Both the position numbers and the translations under genes were made by a program. A stretch of DNA of 64,000 bases from an uncultured Gammaproteobacteria bacterium (lineage in GTDB: Bacteria; Pseudomonadota; Gammaproteobacteria; JAURND01). The DNA is taken from assembly GCA_963714975.1 (NCBI GenBank), contig CAVQQD010000001.1:64001-128000 (forward strand), written 5' to 3'. This document shows, piece by piece, positions 21,553-32,195 of the stretch (its first letter is position 1; every line of letters begins with the position of its first letter). Below the pieces are notes generated by a model. It was not told the origin of the DNA. It saw only the letters and a list, made by a program, of their open reading frames with translations, and ran no database searches.

Positions 21553-22371
21553 ATGAAGGCGAGTACTTTTTTTGAAACGCACCCTGTTTTTCGCCTAGAG
21601 GAATTCGCTCAGTGTATGCGAGAAGAGGGTAAAAAGCGAGCTGCCAGCTGGGAACAGTTGTTACGATACCACTGCAAGACGGGTAGGCTGGTTCATGTTC
21701 GTAAATCGGTGTATGCCGTAAAACCCAGCTCAGTCAATGCGGAAGAATTTTGGATTGATCCTTACCTTGTGGCTGGAAAAGCAACTCCTGATGCAGTTCT
21801 AAGCCATCACACAGCGTTAGAATTACATAATCTCGCTTATACAACGTTTGAGACACTGACTTTTTTAACCTCTCAAGCAATCAAACCATTTAGTTATCAA
21901 AGCCAACGGTTTCATGCTGTTGCTATTCCTAAACCTTTGGTTATAAGAGACCAAATAGATAGTAACGTTGAATATATTCAGCGACAGGATATTAGCATTA
22001 AAATCACTAGTCTTGAGCGGACCTTGGTTGATATTTTAGATCGGCCTGATTTAGGAGGTGGTTGGGAAGAAATATGGCGATCGTGGGAGCATGTCGTTCA
22101 TTTTGACATAGAGAAACTAATTGAATACGCCTTATTGTTAAATAAGGCTACTACCATCGCGAAGGTGGGTTATTTCCTTGAGCAGCGTCCTGCTCATCTT
22201 CAAGTTAATTCAAATTATATTGATAAATTGCTGCCTCATATTCCAAAACAAAAACATTATTTAAATCGTAACGTTCGCTCCAATGGGAAATATATTAAAA
22301 AATGGCAATTAATGCTCCCACAGGAGATTATTGAACGTAAGTGGGAGGAGCCGCATGTTGATGATGTCTAA
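21553..22371 (+). CDS. abiEi: Type IV TA antitoxin, AbiEi-like
   Basis: N-terminal wHTH (G.L..VRK.VY), LSHHTALELH, ITSLERTLVD..DRP.LGGG.EE. Confidence 0.85.
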   Translation: MKASTFFETHPVFRLEEFAQCMREEGKKRAASWEQLLRYHCKTGRLVHVRKSVYAVKPSSVNAEEFWIDPYLVAGKATPDAVLSHHTALELHNLAYTTFETLTFLTSQAIKPFSYQSQRFHAVAIPKPLVIRDQIDSNVEYIQRQDISIKITSLERTLVDILDRPDLGGGWEEIWRSWEHVVHFDIEKLIEYALLLNKATTIAKVGYFLEQRPAHLQVNSNYIDKLLPHIPKQKHYLNRNVRSNGKYIKKWQLMLPQEIIERKWEEPHVDDV

Positions 22372-23326
22372 ACAAGATCTTCAAAGAGAAGCAAAGATTA
22401 ATGGTTTTAGACCAGAAATGCTTGAGAAAGTATATCGACTATTAGATCTGTTAGGACAATTTATGGGTATTCCTTTTTTAAAAGATCGATTAGCTTTAAA
22501 AGGGGGCAGTGCTATTAACTTATTTTGTACGGATACTTTACCGCGCCTATCTGTAGACCTAGATTTTAATTATATTGGTTCAGCTAACCGTGAAATTATG
22601 CGTCAAGAAAAAGAAAAATTAGAAGCTATTCTTATTGATACATGTCGCCGGTTTCAATACGATCTTGATCGGAATGCCCACGCTCACGCGGGAGGAAAAA
22701 TGATCTTTGTTTATCAAAGTGTTTTGGGCAACAAGGGTCGTATCGAAATTGACCTGAATTATTTATTTCGCATCCCTCTATGGAGTATTGATTGGCGGTG
22801 TTCACCGGCGTGGCCTAAAGCCACCTATACAAACATATTGGATATTCACGAAATAGCTGCTGGAAAATTGCATGCACTTTTAGGTCGACAAGCAAGCCGT
22901 GATTTGTTTGATAGCCATCAATTGCTAACAAAATGGCCACTCAATCCAGAAAAACTTCGGCTTGCATTTGTTGTGTATGCAGGGATGGAGCGAGATCATT
23001 GGCAGAGAATTAGTGTGACGAATATCCAGTTTACCGCAAAAGATATTCGCGATAAGTTAATTCCTGTTTTAAAAATAAGTGAGGCTCCATTCAACTCCGT
23101 AAGTGAAGTTGAGATGTGGGCTAAGCGTCTAGTTGCTGAATGCCAAGACGCCTTGGCTAAGCTTTTGCCATTTCAAGACAATGAAATCGAATTTTTAGAG
23201 CGATTGCAGCAAGAAGGGGAGATCGCAGCAGAATTAATCAGCAATGATAATGATTTTTGTAAAAGAGTTGCACAACATCCATCATTGCTTTGGAGAGCGC
23301 AAAAGGCAGCTAGGTCTACAGAATGA
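22355..23326 (+). CDS. abiEii: Type IV TA toxin, AbiEii nucleotidyltransferase
   Basis: EKVYRL, LALKGGSAINL, PRLSVDLDF, AGKL.AL..R..SRDLFD. Confidence 0.9.
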   Translation: MLMMSKQDLQREAKINGFRPEMLEKVYRLLDLLGQFMGIPFLKDRLALKGGSAINLFCTDTLPRLSVDLDFNYIGSANREIMRQEKEKLEAILIDTCRRFQYDLDRNAHAHAGGKMIFVYQSVLGNKGRIEIDLNYLFRIPLWSIDWRCSPAWPKATYTNILDIHEIAAGKLHALLGRQASRDLFDSHQLLTKWPLNPEKLRLAFVVYAGMERDHWQRISVTNIQFTAKDIRDKLIPVLKISEAPFNSVSEVEMWAKRLVAECQDALAKLLPFQDNEIEFLERLQQEGEIAAELISNDNDFCKRVAQHPSLLWRAQKAARSTE

Positions 23327-23521
23327 TGTATGGCATCCTGCGCAGTTATCTGCCATTATACAGCATTTGCAAGATGAAAATACTCAAAACTCATGCTGTT
23401 CAAATCTTGACAGATTTGACCTCATGCCTTCCTGATAAGCCAAGCCGATGCCCCTTGAATTTTAAGGCTTATGTCACCATATAATTCATTAATACCAGCA
23501 AAATAGGGTTGATTTTTTACT

Positions 23522-24514
23522 ATGGACATTTGTGATATCGTAAACACACTTTTTCATGCGTTTGACCAAAGCGCAATACCTGCATTTAGGGCTTTTATCA
23601 ATCGACATCCTGTAGTTAGCAAATGGTCAATTGCCTCTGATTATTCGGATAATTGCTTTGCTTTTACCATTTTCCCCTATAATGAATTACCGCCAAAAAC
23701 ATTTAATTATATTCAATCTAAATTACCCAAAGACATAAAAGAAATTAGAGATATTTCAGAAAGTGTGATCTCTTTTTTCCAAGAGCCTAACAGATTTCAT
23801 ATAGCTATTGTAGTTCAAGGAAAACCGAATTTATTTATTCCTGATCCTGATACCGGAGACACTTCTTTAGATGTAGCTCGAAACTGTATTAAAGCAGACT
23901 ACACTCGCAATGCCGGAGGAACTCCAGATGCGTTAAATAAAATTAAAGCACTTTACCTTGAGTCAAAGAAAAAAAGCTTCAATCTGACTCTATTTAGTAA
24001 TATGGTCATGCTTGCTGCATTTTATGCATTCATATCTCTACTTTTATCAATAGAACAAAAAACAGAAACTATTGGTTGGTTTTCTGATCGAGATAAAATG
24101 GTTTCTTATTGTAGTGGCGTTATCTGGGTTTTTTCGATGGAAGCTTTTAGTGTATTGTCCAAAACTATGGAAATCACTTCTATTCCGGAAATTGTCATAG
24201 GAGGACATACCGAAAACCCTGAGCCAATGTGGTATGATCAACTAATAAGACCAGCAGACTACCTTGCAGGTGCATTAGCAAATTTGAATATCCCTACAAA
24301 TGGTCCGATAGCCAAAAAAAATACTAAACAATATAAATTACTTGCCGCTATCTTACCTAACAATGAAAATATAGTAATCTTACAGTTCAAATTTGCAAAG
24401 CATCCTGCCATAGCAAGTGTTGGACAAATGTTTTTTCTTCTCAAATTAACGATGATATTCACCCTTAGTAAGGATATCGAAACCATACCATCCCCAATAG
24501 ACGCGATGATTTAG
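23522..24514 (+). CDS. Hypothetical protein, possible RNase H-like/DUF3800-like fold
   Basis: W.IASDY, GWFSDRD and IRPADYLAG acidic motifs; AT-rich. Confidence 0.45.
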   Translation: MDICDIVNTLFHAFDQSAIPAFRAFINRHPVVSKWSIASDYSDNCFAFTIFPYNELPPKTFNYIQSKLPKDIKEIRDISESVISFFQEPNRFHIAIVVQGKPNLFIPDPDTGDTSLDVARNCIKADYTRNAGGTPDALNKIKALYLESKKKSFNLTLFSNMVMLAAFYAFISLLLSIEQKTETIGWFSDRDKMVSYCSGVIWVFSMEAFSVLSKTMEITSIPEIVIGGHTENPEPMWYDQLIRPADYLAGALANLNIPTNGPIAKKNTKQYKLLAAILPNNENIVILQFKFAKHPAIASVGQMFFLLKLTMIFTLSKDIETIPSPIDAMI

Positions 24515-24516
24515 AA

Positions 24517-24852
24517 TTAACCCATCTTGAATTTCCATGATTTCGACAAAATCCATTTGCTCACCTGCGGGCGACAGCCTTGGATATTCCCACTAAGGGT
24601 TTTCCCATCTGTAAAATAGGAATGTCGATAATATTTTCGTTTGATTGGCTTGTGTTGGGCAACATATTCTATGAATTTCCGTAGTTCTTCTTTCCTCTTG
24701 CAAAAACCATCATTTTTGCCCATTAGATAAGGGATCAAGGGCGATTCTATAATGGCATCTGGATGATAAAGCGCTAAAAGTTTTTCTACATCATTTTCTG
24801 ACAGTGCTGCGTCCCATTCATGGTAAATACGATCGATTGCTTTCACCATCAT
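24517..24852 (-). pseudogene. SnoaL/NTF2-like protein, frameshifted
   Basis: W..A....DVE.LLALY.PDA.IESPL. Confidence 0.7.
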
Positions 24853-24985
24853 TGTTGGATTGAGTGTTGTTTTTGCAATGACTCATAATTAATCCTCGTG
24901 GTTGTGATATATGAGATTAAATTATATATAAAGATCAAAGCTGTTGTTTCATGATGCATCGAAGTGTGATTGCACGAACAATTAA

Positions 24986-26370
24986 TTATTTTTTAATGGT
25001 TAAAAAAACGGTGATACACCCACAGAAAAAAGCTAAGCTCGCAATAATCAGGCTGCTATGCATCCCGCTAATAAATTGCCCTGAGCTAACTAATGCGCCA
25101 AAGATAGCAACACCTAACAGGCTGCCTACCTGACGGCTGGCATTGAGTGCACCTGAGGCTATTCCTGCCCGGTTTGAGGGCACGGAATGAACAGTGGCTA
25201 CGGTTGCTGCTGGCATTGTAAATGCAATACCAAAACCCAGCGCCGCAAGTGGTAAAATTAACATCCAATAAACTGGACCGTGTTCTCTTAGAATCAACAA
25301 GCTCAAAAAACCTAAAGCACCTACAATTAAACCAATCAGCATGGGTAATTTAGCCCCTACATAACTGGTCATCTTGCCGCTGAAATAAGAAGCGATTGCA
25401 ACTACACCTGTCATTGGTAGCAAAGCAAATCCAGTTGCCATGACAGAATATCCACGAATCTGTTGAAAATACAGTGGCAATAAAAACAATTCCCCATAAA
25501 AACTAATGTTTAAAACCATACCTATTGCGATTGCAGCAGAAAATGTTTTGATTTTAAAAAATTTTAACGGAAACATTGGTGAGGGTGTGCGGTGTTCTAT
25601 GAGTAAAAAAATAACGAACGTCACAGCAAAAACAATCAGATTGGCTATGACCATACCTGAATCCCAGCCAAATCTACCCACCTCAATCAGACTAAATGAT
25701 AAAGCAGCAATGCTGATGATAGAAAAAGCCTGTCCCCAAAGGTCAAAACTGATTTTACGATTACTGTTTTTTGCATTAACCACATATTTAAGTGTTAAAA
25801 ATATCCCAATTATTCCAATAGGAATATTAATAAAAAATATGGCGCGCCACCCAAATACTGTGGCCAGAAATGCACCTAAAATCGGCCCTGATGCAGCCGC
25901 TATACCTCCTGCGCCTGCCCATATTCCAATCGCTTTAGCGCGCGTTCCTGTAGGTTCTCATAAGATGCATTAATAAGCGCTAATGATGTGGGAACCATCA
26001 TAGCTGCTGCCACACCTTGGAATAAGCGGAAAATAGTCAAAACTAAAAAATTACCCGCCAACCCGCAACCCAGGGCAGTCAGTGCAAATAAGAACAAACC
26101 CCAAATAAACCTAGGTTTAGCGCCAAATTGATCCCCCAGGTTGCCTGCTGATAATAATAAACAAGCAAAAGTTAAAGCATATCCAGCTACAACCCATTGC
26201 AAATCTGCTATGCTGCCGTGCATATCATGTGCAATGACTGGAAGGGCAACATTGATGATGGTGGCATCTATGATGACCATGAAAAAACCAAAACATAAGG
26301 CAATTAACGACAAATGTTTTGAAGATTGTTTGTGTGGGGTAGATGGTGCTGTGTCCATATTATTGCTCAT
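24986..26370 (-). pseudogene. MFS DHA2 (EmrB/QacA-type) efflux transporter, frameshifted
   Basis: GFFMVIIDATIINVALP, QWVV.GY.L.FA, WRAIFFINIPIG, G.ASG.LN..RQVG. Confidence 0.9.
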
Positions 26371-26659
26371 ATCCTAATAGATTTTTTAATGACTGCAGGC
26401 CTTCCGTGGTAGGCACGATCACCCGTGATTTGGTTTTAGACCCTTATAACCCAGCGACAGAAAACTTCTAGGTCATAAATCGGGAAGGATTACCACGCAT
26501 TACTCGGGTGGTGAAATTAGTAATCTGTTGGAAGTAGCAAATAAAGTGTGTGTGTGAGAGAAGAAGGAGTAGCCCAGTGGTGAACCAGATGAAAATGATC
26601 AAGTTTGACACTAGCTCCCACAAAACTCCAGCACTGAATTTTGCTGGCGGAACGTTTCC

Positions 26660-26918
26660 GCGCGCAAATCCTTCTAATTCGCCAAATAGGGGAAAAATCT
26701 CTAGTGGTGCATTCCAAGAGCCATCACCGGCATAAACGACTATGGGTATTACCAAGGGTAAATCACTGCCTGGGTTTTGTTTTAGATGGAGTTCAATGAT
26801 GCGAATAATATAGACCAGTAACCGAAACGCCATCATAGGATCCACGGAGGACTGTTGCTCAACGAGGGTGTACAAATATGCAGCTGAATTTCCAGCTTTT
26901 ACAGAATAAACTATATTA
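26660..26918 (-). pseudogene. Rpn/YhgA-like (Transposase_31) internal fragment fused to the IS110 ORF
   Basis: IVYSVK...YLY.LVE.QS..D..MAFRLL.Y...LP.VIPIV.Y.G...W. Confidence 0.75.
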
Positions 26919-27394
26919 GCTTCAGTTAAACCATCATCAGAGACTTCTAATCGGTTTTCTTCTTGTCTGTGCATAGCGATTAAATCATCCAATCTCCTAA
27001 CCCATGGCTGTAATATTTTAATCGGTTCAGGAGTTGGTTGCCATAATTCTGGGCCTATCAACTTACAAAATCTTGCAATTAATTTTGCATCAAGAATATC
27101 ATTTTTAGAGCGGGCTAATTCACTTTGAGAAAATCCTTTAATTCTCGCAGGATTAACAACGCTTATAGGGATTTCTTGAGCATAAAGAAATTCGGCTAAT
27201 GCCTGCCCGTAAATACTGGTTGCTTCCATACAAGCTTGAGACAACACGATTTCCTTCTGGTTTAGCCATACAAGTAATTTATTAAAGCCTTGCTCGTTAT
27301 TGTTGAATTTTTGAGTTTTTATCTTATCTTCCATTAGCACAGCTACATCAAATGTATTTTTACTGATATCAATGCCTAGAAATGCTTTCTTCAT
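26919..27394 (-). pseudogene. IS110-family recombinase; only the RuvC-like DEDD domain remains
   Basis: LGIDISK..FD, CMEAT..Y, VNP.RIK.F, R.KND.LDA.LIARF; C-terminal Tnp domain absent. Confidence 0.9.
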
Positions 27395-27424
27395 AGTAGT
27401 ATCCTACATGTTGCGAATAGCTTG

Positions 27425-27605
27425 GATAGCTTTATTCGGACCAACCTTGTGAATACAGGATCATTGATATTTACCTCAAGTCCTAAGATACCGTCCGGTC
27501 TGTATGAATAAAGTACGGGGTAAATTGCTAAAATCTCCTCTACAGGCTTAATGCCTTAGGAAGTCACCGGCATATTTACCCCTATCCAAGTGCCCTTGGA
27601 TATTT
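27425..27605 (-). ncRNA. IS110 bridge RNA (5' hairpin, target-binding loop, donor-binding loop)
   Basis: 5' hairpin 27583-27602; target-loop stem 27517-27525/27574-27582 with guides TGACTTCCT and GAGGAG; donor-loop stems 27430-27442/27497-27513 with guides ACGGTATCT and ACAAG; guides match the element's own junction at 27631-27646. Confidence 0.85.
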
Positions 27606-27651
27606 AACCACATTGAGTGATTGGAATTAAGATACAAGGAAGTCAAAACAC

Positions 27652-28249
27652 TCACCTGCCAAACTGGCCATAACATAAATATCCAGCTGTTATCATCAAT
27701 AATAACCCCATGGTAAAATTAAAGAGTCGTAGGCGAAAATGATTTTTTAATAAATACGACATTTTATCGCCCAAAATTGCCCAAACGCCAAGTGAAATAT
27801 AACATACAATAAAATAAATAATGAGTAAACGTTAAAAACGGATCATAGCTTTCTGCGCTAGAGAAGATTGAGGCTCCAGATACGCAAGCAATCCATGCTT
27901 TAGGATTTATCCATTGGAGTAAAAAACCTTCGTAAAATTTGGGGATATCATTTTTTCTTATTTCCAACTCTGGTTTTGAAAAAGCTATTTTGTATCCCAT
28001 ATAAATAATATATAACGAACCTACAATCGCTAAATAGGTCAGAAAAAATGGATATGCATTTATAAACCGCGAAAATCCGAATCCAATAAAAAGCAATAAT
28101 AAAGTAAATCCTACGGTCGCCCCTGACACATAAGGGATGGTTCTCTTTACTCCATAACTAATACCAGAGGAAAGAATAATCATATTCACAGGCCCTGGTG
28201 TAATTGACATGACCAAAGAAAATGAAACCATCGCTAATAAAAGTGTCAT
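27652..28249 (-). pseudogene. LysE-family translocator, frameshift near the 3' end
   Basis: SITPGP.N..IL.SG..YG, G..Y..Y.G.KI, F.EGFLLQWINPKAW. Confidence 0.85.
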
Positions 28250-28270
28250 CGCTATTTTCCTGTGTAAAAA

Positions 28271-28699
28271 TTATTTTAATAATCCCATACTACCCGTAAA
28301 TTTATTGACGACTTTCATTTCGCCATACAACGCTAACCCTAGATACTTTAAGTGCTCAATCGGGGTGTTTTCATATTGATGAACATAGTCTGCATAATTT
28401 TTAGTGGTTAGGGTTGCATTAATTAAATCAATCACTGTTAGGTCAGGTTCATAAGCTTTTACTGCTTGGCGCATCTCTTTAAGTAACAGCTTGCTGCCTT
28501 TTAAAATTGGGATGGCCATAGTCGTAATTCCATGATGGTTATCTCCCGCATTATCTTTGTGGTCCTGACCGAGAATTTCAGGAATCATCTTACCTAAGTT
28601 AATCGATAGTATCGCTGCCGTATTTGCAATAACACCAACGGGTAAAAAATGATCAATCACAATTACACATTTCTTGGTGGATAAGTCTTTGTTATTCAT
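28271..28699 (-). CDS. DUF2000-family protein
   Basis: KCVIVID..LP.G.IANTAAIL...LG, D..G..H.G, Y.GLALYG..K.VNK.TG.M.L. Confidence 0.8.
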   Translation of the reverse strand: MNNKDLSTKKCVIVIDHFLPVGVIANTAAILSINLGKMIPEILGQDHKDNAGDNHHGITTMAIPILKGSKLLLKEMRQAVKAYEPDLTVIDLINATLTTKNYADYVHQYENTPIEHLKYLGLALYGEMKVVNKFTGSMGLLK

Positions 28700-28811
28700 A
28701 CGTTTTCCTCAAAAGCCATTCAATATAACATTGTATTGCTAGATTATACTATCCTCTGTAAAGCATGATAAGATGCTATAATTAGAATTTATTGTTCGAT
28801 AGGATGATATA

Positions 28812-29709
28812 ATGATTGATGAATTACGGGCATTGGCCATCTTCGCAAAAGTGGTAGAAGCAGGCTCATTTCGTTCAGCAGCAAATGCGCTAAAACTTTC
28901 GCCTTCGGTTGTGAGCCACCATGTGGCACAGCTTGAGGAGCGACTGGGCGTTGCTTTGCTTTATCGCTCCACGAGACGACTTTCCCTTACTCATGAAGGC
29001 GAAAAATTATTCATGAGTGCAGAAGCAATGTTATCGGCCGCAGAAAAGGGGCTTAATAGCGTTGCATACCACGCCACGGAACCCACTGGTAAATTAAACT
29101 TGACTCTCCCAGCCATGCTCACAAGAAGTCCGCTTGTTGGTGACATTGCTGCATTTGCCAAGGCGTTTCCAAAAGTAGCGCTTTCAATAAGTTTTAGCGA
29201 CATACAACAGGATTTAATTCGGGAAGGCATCGATCTTGCGATTAGAATAGGCAGACTTAAAAGATAGTGGTTTAAAATCTAAACGACTCTTTACTATGAC
29301 ACGTAAACTCGTCGTTGCTCCTGCTTTAATGAGCGAGCATAAGTCTCCACGACGGCCGCAGGATTTACTCAAATGGGATTGGATTGGGCTCAAAATGCGT
29401 TCAAATACCAAGAAGTTAATCAATCAAAAGGGCAAAACTTGTTTAATCGATTTTGAACCAAGAATCATCGTCGACAGCATGGATGCTGTTTGCCAATTGG
29501 CCATTGCTGGATTAGGACTAGCAACTCCGCCTGCGTTTCTTGTGGCAGAAGATATCCAGCAGGGATATCTTGTTGAACCTCTACCTGAATGGCAGGCTGA
29601 ATCCATTCCTGTTTATGTTGTATGGCCACCCAATGCTTCTAAAGAATCTCTGACATTTAGATTTATGGCGTTCCTAGAGATGAGAAAAAAATCTTATTTG
29701 AGCCTCTAG
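28812..29709 (+). pseudogene. LysR-family regulator, frameshift near 29255
   Basis: F..VVE.GSF..AA..L..SPS.VS HTH, DLI.EG.DLAIR, G.GLA..P. Confidence 0.9.
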
Positions 29710-29930
29710 AAATATGCCTCAATAGTGCACAGTATGCTTTTCTTGTTATTTTCTCCCTCTGTAGACGCATCACGGTTTATTTGATATAAAATCAGCCAAA
29801 CTAATTTCCAGTTGGTTGGGCGATAAAACAGTCCCCCAATACACTCGAACTCGGGTCATAAGCGAAACCTCTTGCTTAGATTGCTGGTGAGTGATTAATA
29901 AACTAATTTACATGTAAGGAAATTTAAAAC

Positions 29931-30299
29931 ATGCTTATTCCAAATTTGCTATTATTTTATGTGCAAAACCCCCTAGAAAGCGCCTTGTTCTATGAAAAAA
30001 TTTTTTCCAAAAAACCAGTCGCATCCTATCCAACTTATGTGGCATTCTCATTTGAGAATGGCCTGACATTTAGCTTGTGGTCTACCCAAGCCAAGAATTT
30101 TGTTTCAGGAGGTAGCGGCCACCGTTCTGAGCTCGCATTCATGGTTAAAGATGAGCAAGAGGTACGGGAATTACGTAAGCTGTGGGGAGAGTTGGGTGTG
30201 ACTATCGAACAAGATCTACATGAAGCGGTATTTGGGTTAACTTTTGTAGCGCTTGACCCCGATGGCCATCGTATTCGTGTTTGTATACCCGATAGGTAA
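29931..30299 (+). CDS. VOC/glyoxalase-family protein (EhpR-like)
   Basis: YV.NP..S..FY, SELAF, FG.TFVALDPDGHRIRV. Confidence 0.85.
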   Translation: MLIPNLLLFYVQNPLESALFYEKIFSKKPVASYPTYVAFSFENGLTFSLWSTQAKNFVSGGSGHRSELAFMVKDEQEVRELRKLWGELGVTIEQDLHEAVFGLTFVALDPDGHRIRVCIPDR

Positions 30300-30348
30300 G
30301 GAATGAATTTGGCAATGCCTAACTTTTTAGTCCACTAAGGGAAATGTA

Positions 30349-30748
30349 ATGGAAGACATAGCGCTTGATCTGGTTCAGCAATACATGAATGGTTGGAAAC
30401 AAAATAACTTGTCCCTCATTACTTCCTGCTTAACCAAAAACTGTATTGTCATTGAATCACACGGCCCAACATATCATGGAGTAGAGGGAAATCGAACAAT
30501 GGTTTAAATTTTGGATACAAGGAAAGAGCAAGATAATTCATTGGGAATTACATGATTTTTATTATTGTCAAAATAAATCGGCAGCTTTTGTTGAATGGGG
30601 TTTTTCCTGTATTTCAAACGCCAGTGAGCATTTATTTTCTGGCTGCAGCATTTATAAAATTGTGGATCACAAAATTGACTTCATCCACGAATATCGCATG
30701 ACACACGTTGCATACCCTTGGCGGGGGGATGTCTTAGTCTCAGAATAA
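30349..30748 (+). pseudogene. SnoaL/NTF2-like protein, frameshifted
   Basis: Y..GWK.N.L..I..CL...C.VIESHGPTY.G; EW.F; I.EYR. Confidence 0.6.
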
Positions 30749-30779
30749 AAATGGTTAAATCTGTCAAATGCTTTAGGAG

Positions 30780-31085
30780 GTGGTTATGATGTATGGCCAG
30801 CTTTGCGCTGAGTTCTACGATGTAGTTGACAGGGTCGAAGATAATTTAATGTGTGGAAAGGCTCAAAAGGGATTGTTGGAGTCTGAGCATTGCCAGGTAG
30901 CTCTAGCCACTACCGCTGGCGATGCGTTAGGTAAAATTGAAAAAGGAAATCTCTATGATTTCGCGATTTATTTGATAAAATCTTTCAATATCACCACCAT
31001 CACCCTGGAAAAATTTCCAGGGTTGAGGGTCAAGAATTTCGTAACTCACCTCAACGCAGTACTGGGCCTAAATAGGAGTAAATAA
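30780..31085 (+). pseudogene. Chimera: methyltransferase N-terminus plus receiver-domain fragment
   Basis: MVMMYGQLCAEFYD is identical to the start of 40630-41373; followed by VEDN...LLES..CQV.LA...A. Confidence 0.55.
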
Positions 31086-31086
31086 T

Positions 31087-31902
31087 ATGCCTTTTGAAGA
31101 AAGGATTATAGATAAAGTGACTGTTCCAAACGGAGAACTTTATGTTGAAAAAATAGGAAAAGGTAAACCCATTATTCTAATTCATGCTGGATTTTCTGAT
31201 CGTAGAGATTGGATGCATCAAACTAGCAACTTCGGAGAAAAGTACCAAACAATTACTTATGATCAGCGCGGTTCAGGAAATTCTTCAATTATAACAACCG
31301 CATTTTCTCCGGCTGATGATTTGAAGGCAGTTATGGAGCATTTTAATCTAGAAAAAACAGTTTTAATAGGCCATTCTATTGGTGGAACGATTGCTATAGA
31401 TTTTGCACTTCAATACCCAGATAAGGTGTTGGGTCTGGTATTGGTTGCATCTGGAGTGAACGGATACCAATGGTCAAAAAATTACCTTGATTGGATGCAA
31501 TCAATCTGGAACGTGCCTCAGCCAGAAATAATGACAGAATTATTTCTTTCTGCACCTTTTTATGACATTGGCATGAAAGAACCAACAATAAAATCCGAAA
31601 ATGAAATTATTACCAAAGAAAATTTCAGTAAAATATTAACCTGGAAAACTTTCGACGCCCGTGATGTCCATTGGTTTTTTCCAGATGCTCATGCTAAGCT
31701 GAAAAATCTTCAAACACCAACTTATATTGTTTATGGAGATCAGGATTCTGAAGACATAAATAAAATTGCAAATATTTTTTACGAAAATATAAAAAATGGA
31801 AAAACAATGGTAATAAAAGACGCTGATCATCTTTTAAATTTCGAAAAGCCAGAGGAATTAAATAGTCTTATTTTAGATTTCATTTCCACACTGGACAGTT
31901 AA
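31087..31902 (+). CDS. Alpha/beta hydrolase
   Basis: LIHAG, YDQRG.G.S, GHSIGG nucleophile elbow, G..D, H..N.EKP. Confidence 0.9.
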   Translation: MPFEERIIDKVTVPNGELYVEKIGKGKPIILIHAGFSDRRDWMHQTSNFGEKYQTITYDQRGSGNSSIITTAFSPADDLKAVMEHFNLEKTVLIGHSIGGTIAIDFALQYPDKVLGLVLVASGVNGYQWSKNYLDWMQSIWNVPQPEIMTELFLSAPFYDIGMKEPTIKSENEIITKENFSKILTWKTFDARDVHWFFPDAHAKLKNLQTPTYIVYGDQDSEDINKIANIFYENIKNGKTMVIKDADHLLNFEKPEELNSLILDFISTLDS

Positions 31903-31921
31903 AAGCTGCGATGGAGATTAA

Positions 31922-32078
31922 GCTGACTTGAACGCGGCGAAAAATATTTTAGCAGCAGGGCATGCTGTGATGGCTCGTGGAGCAAGCGCGTTGGGTGCGG
32001 CGTAGAAACGAGAACCTCATACTCGTGGCACAGCCACATGTATGGAATCTCCGGCATTTATGCCGGAGAGGATGTCAA
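31922..32078 (+). mobile_element. Orphan IS605 right end/omegaRNA copy
   Basis: Near-identical to 43848-44004, ending in the hairpin plus GGATGTCAA. Confidence 0.9.
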
Positions 32079-32195
32079 ATCCGACATCAACACTGAGGAT
32101 TAATTCATGTTTAAAGGCGTTGATCCCAAAAACCTCCTGGGGGAATCTTGCGGGAGCTCTCCTTACCACAGTTTTAAACATGGGGGGTAAAAAAA

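Noticed and set aside
26546-26562. GT/GA microsatellite as a phase-variation switch
   Set aside because: Too short and not within a credible gene or promoter
26468-27394. Novel IS110-Rpn fusion protein
   Set aside because: Both parts are incomplete and the tail is non-homologous read-through; best explained as a deletion junction
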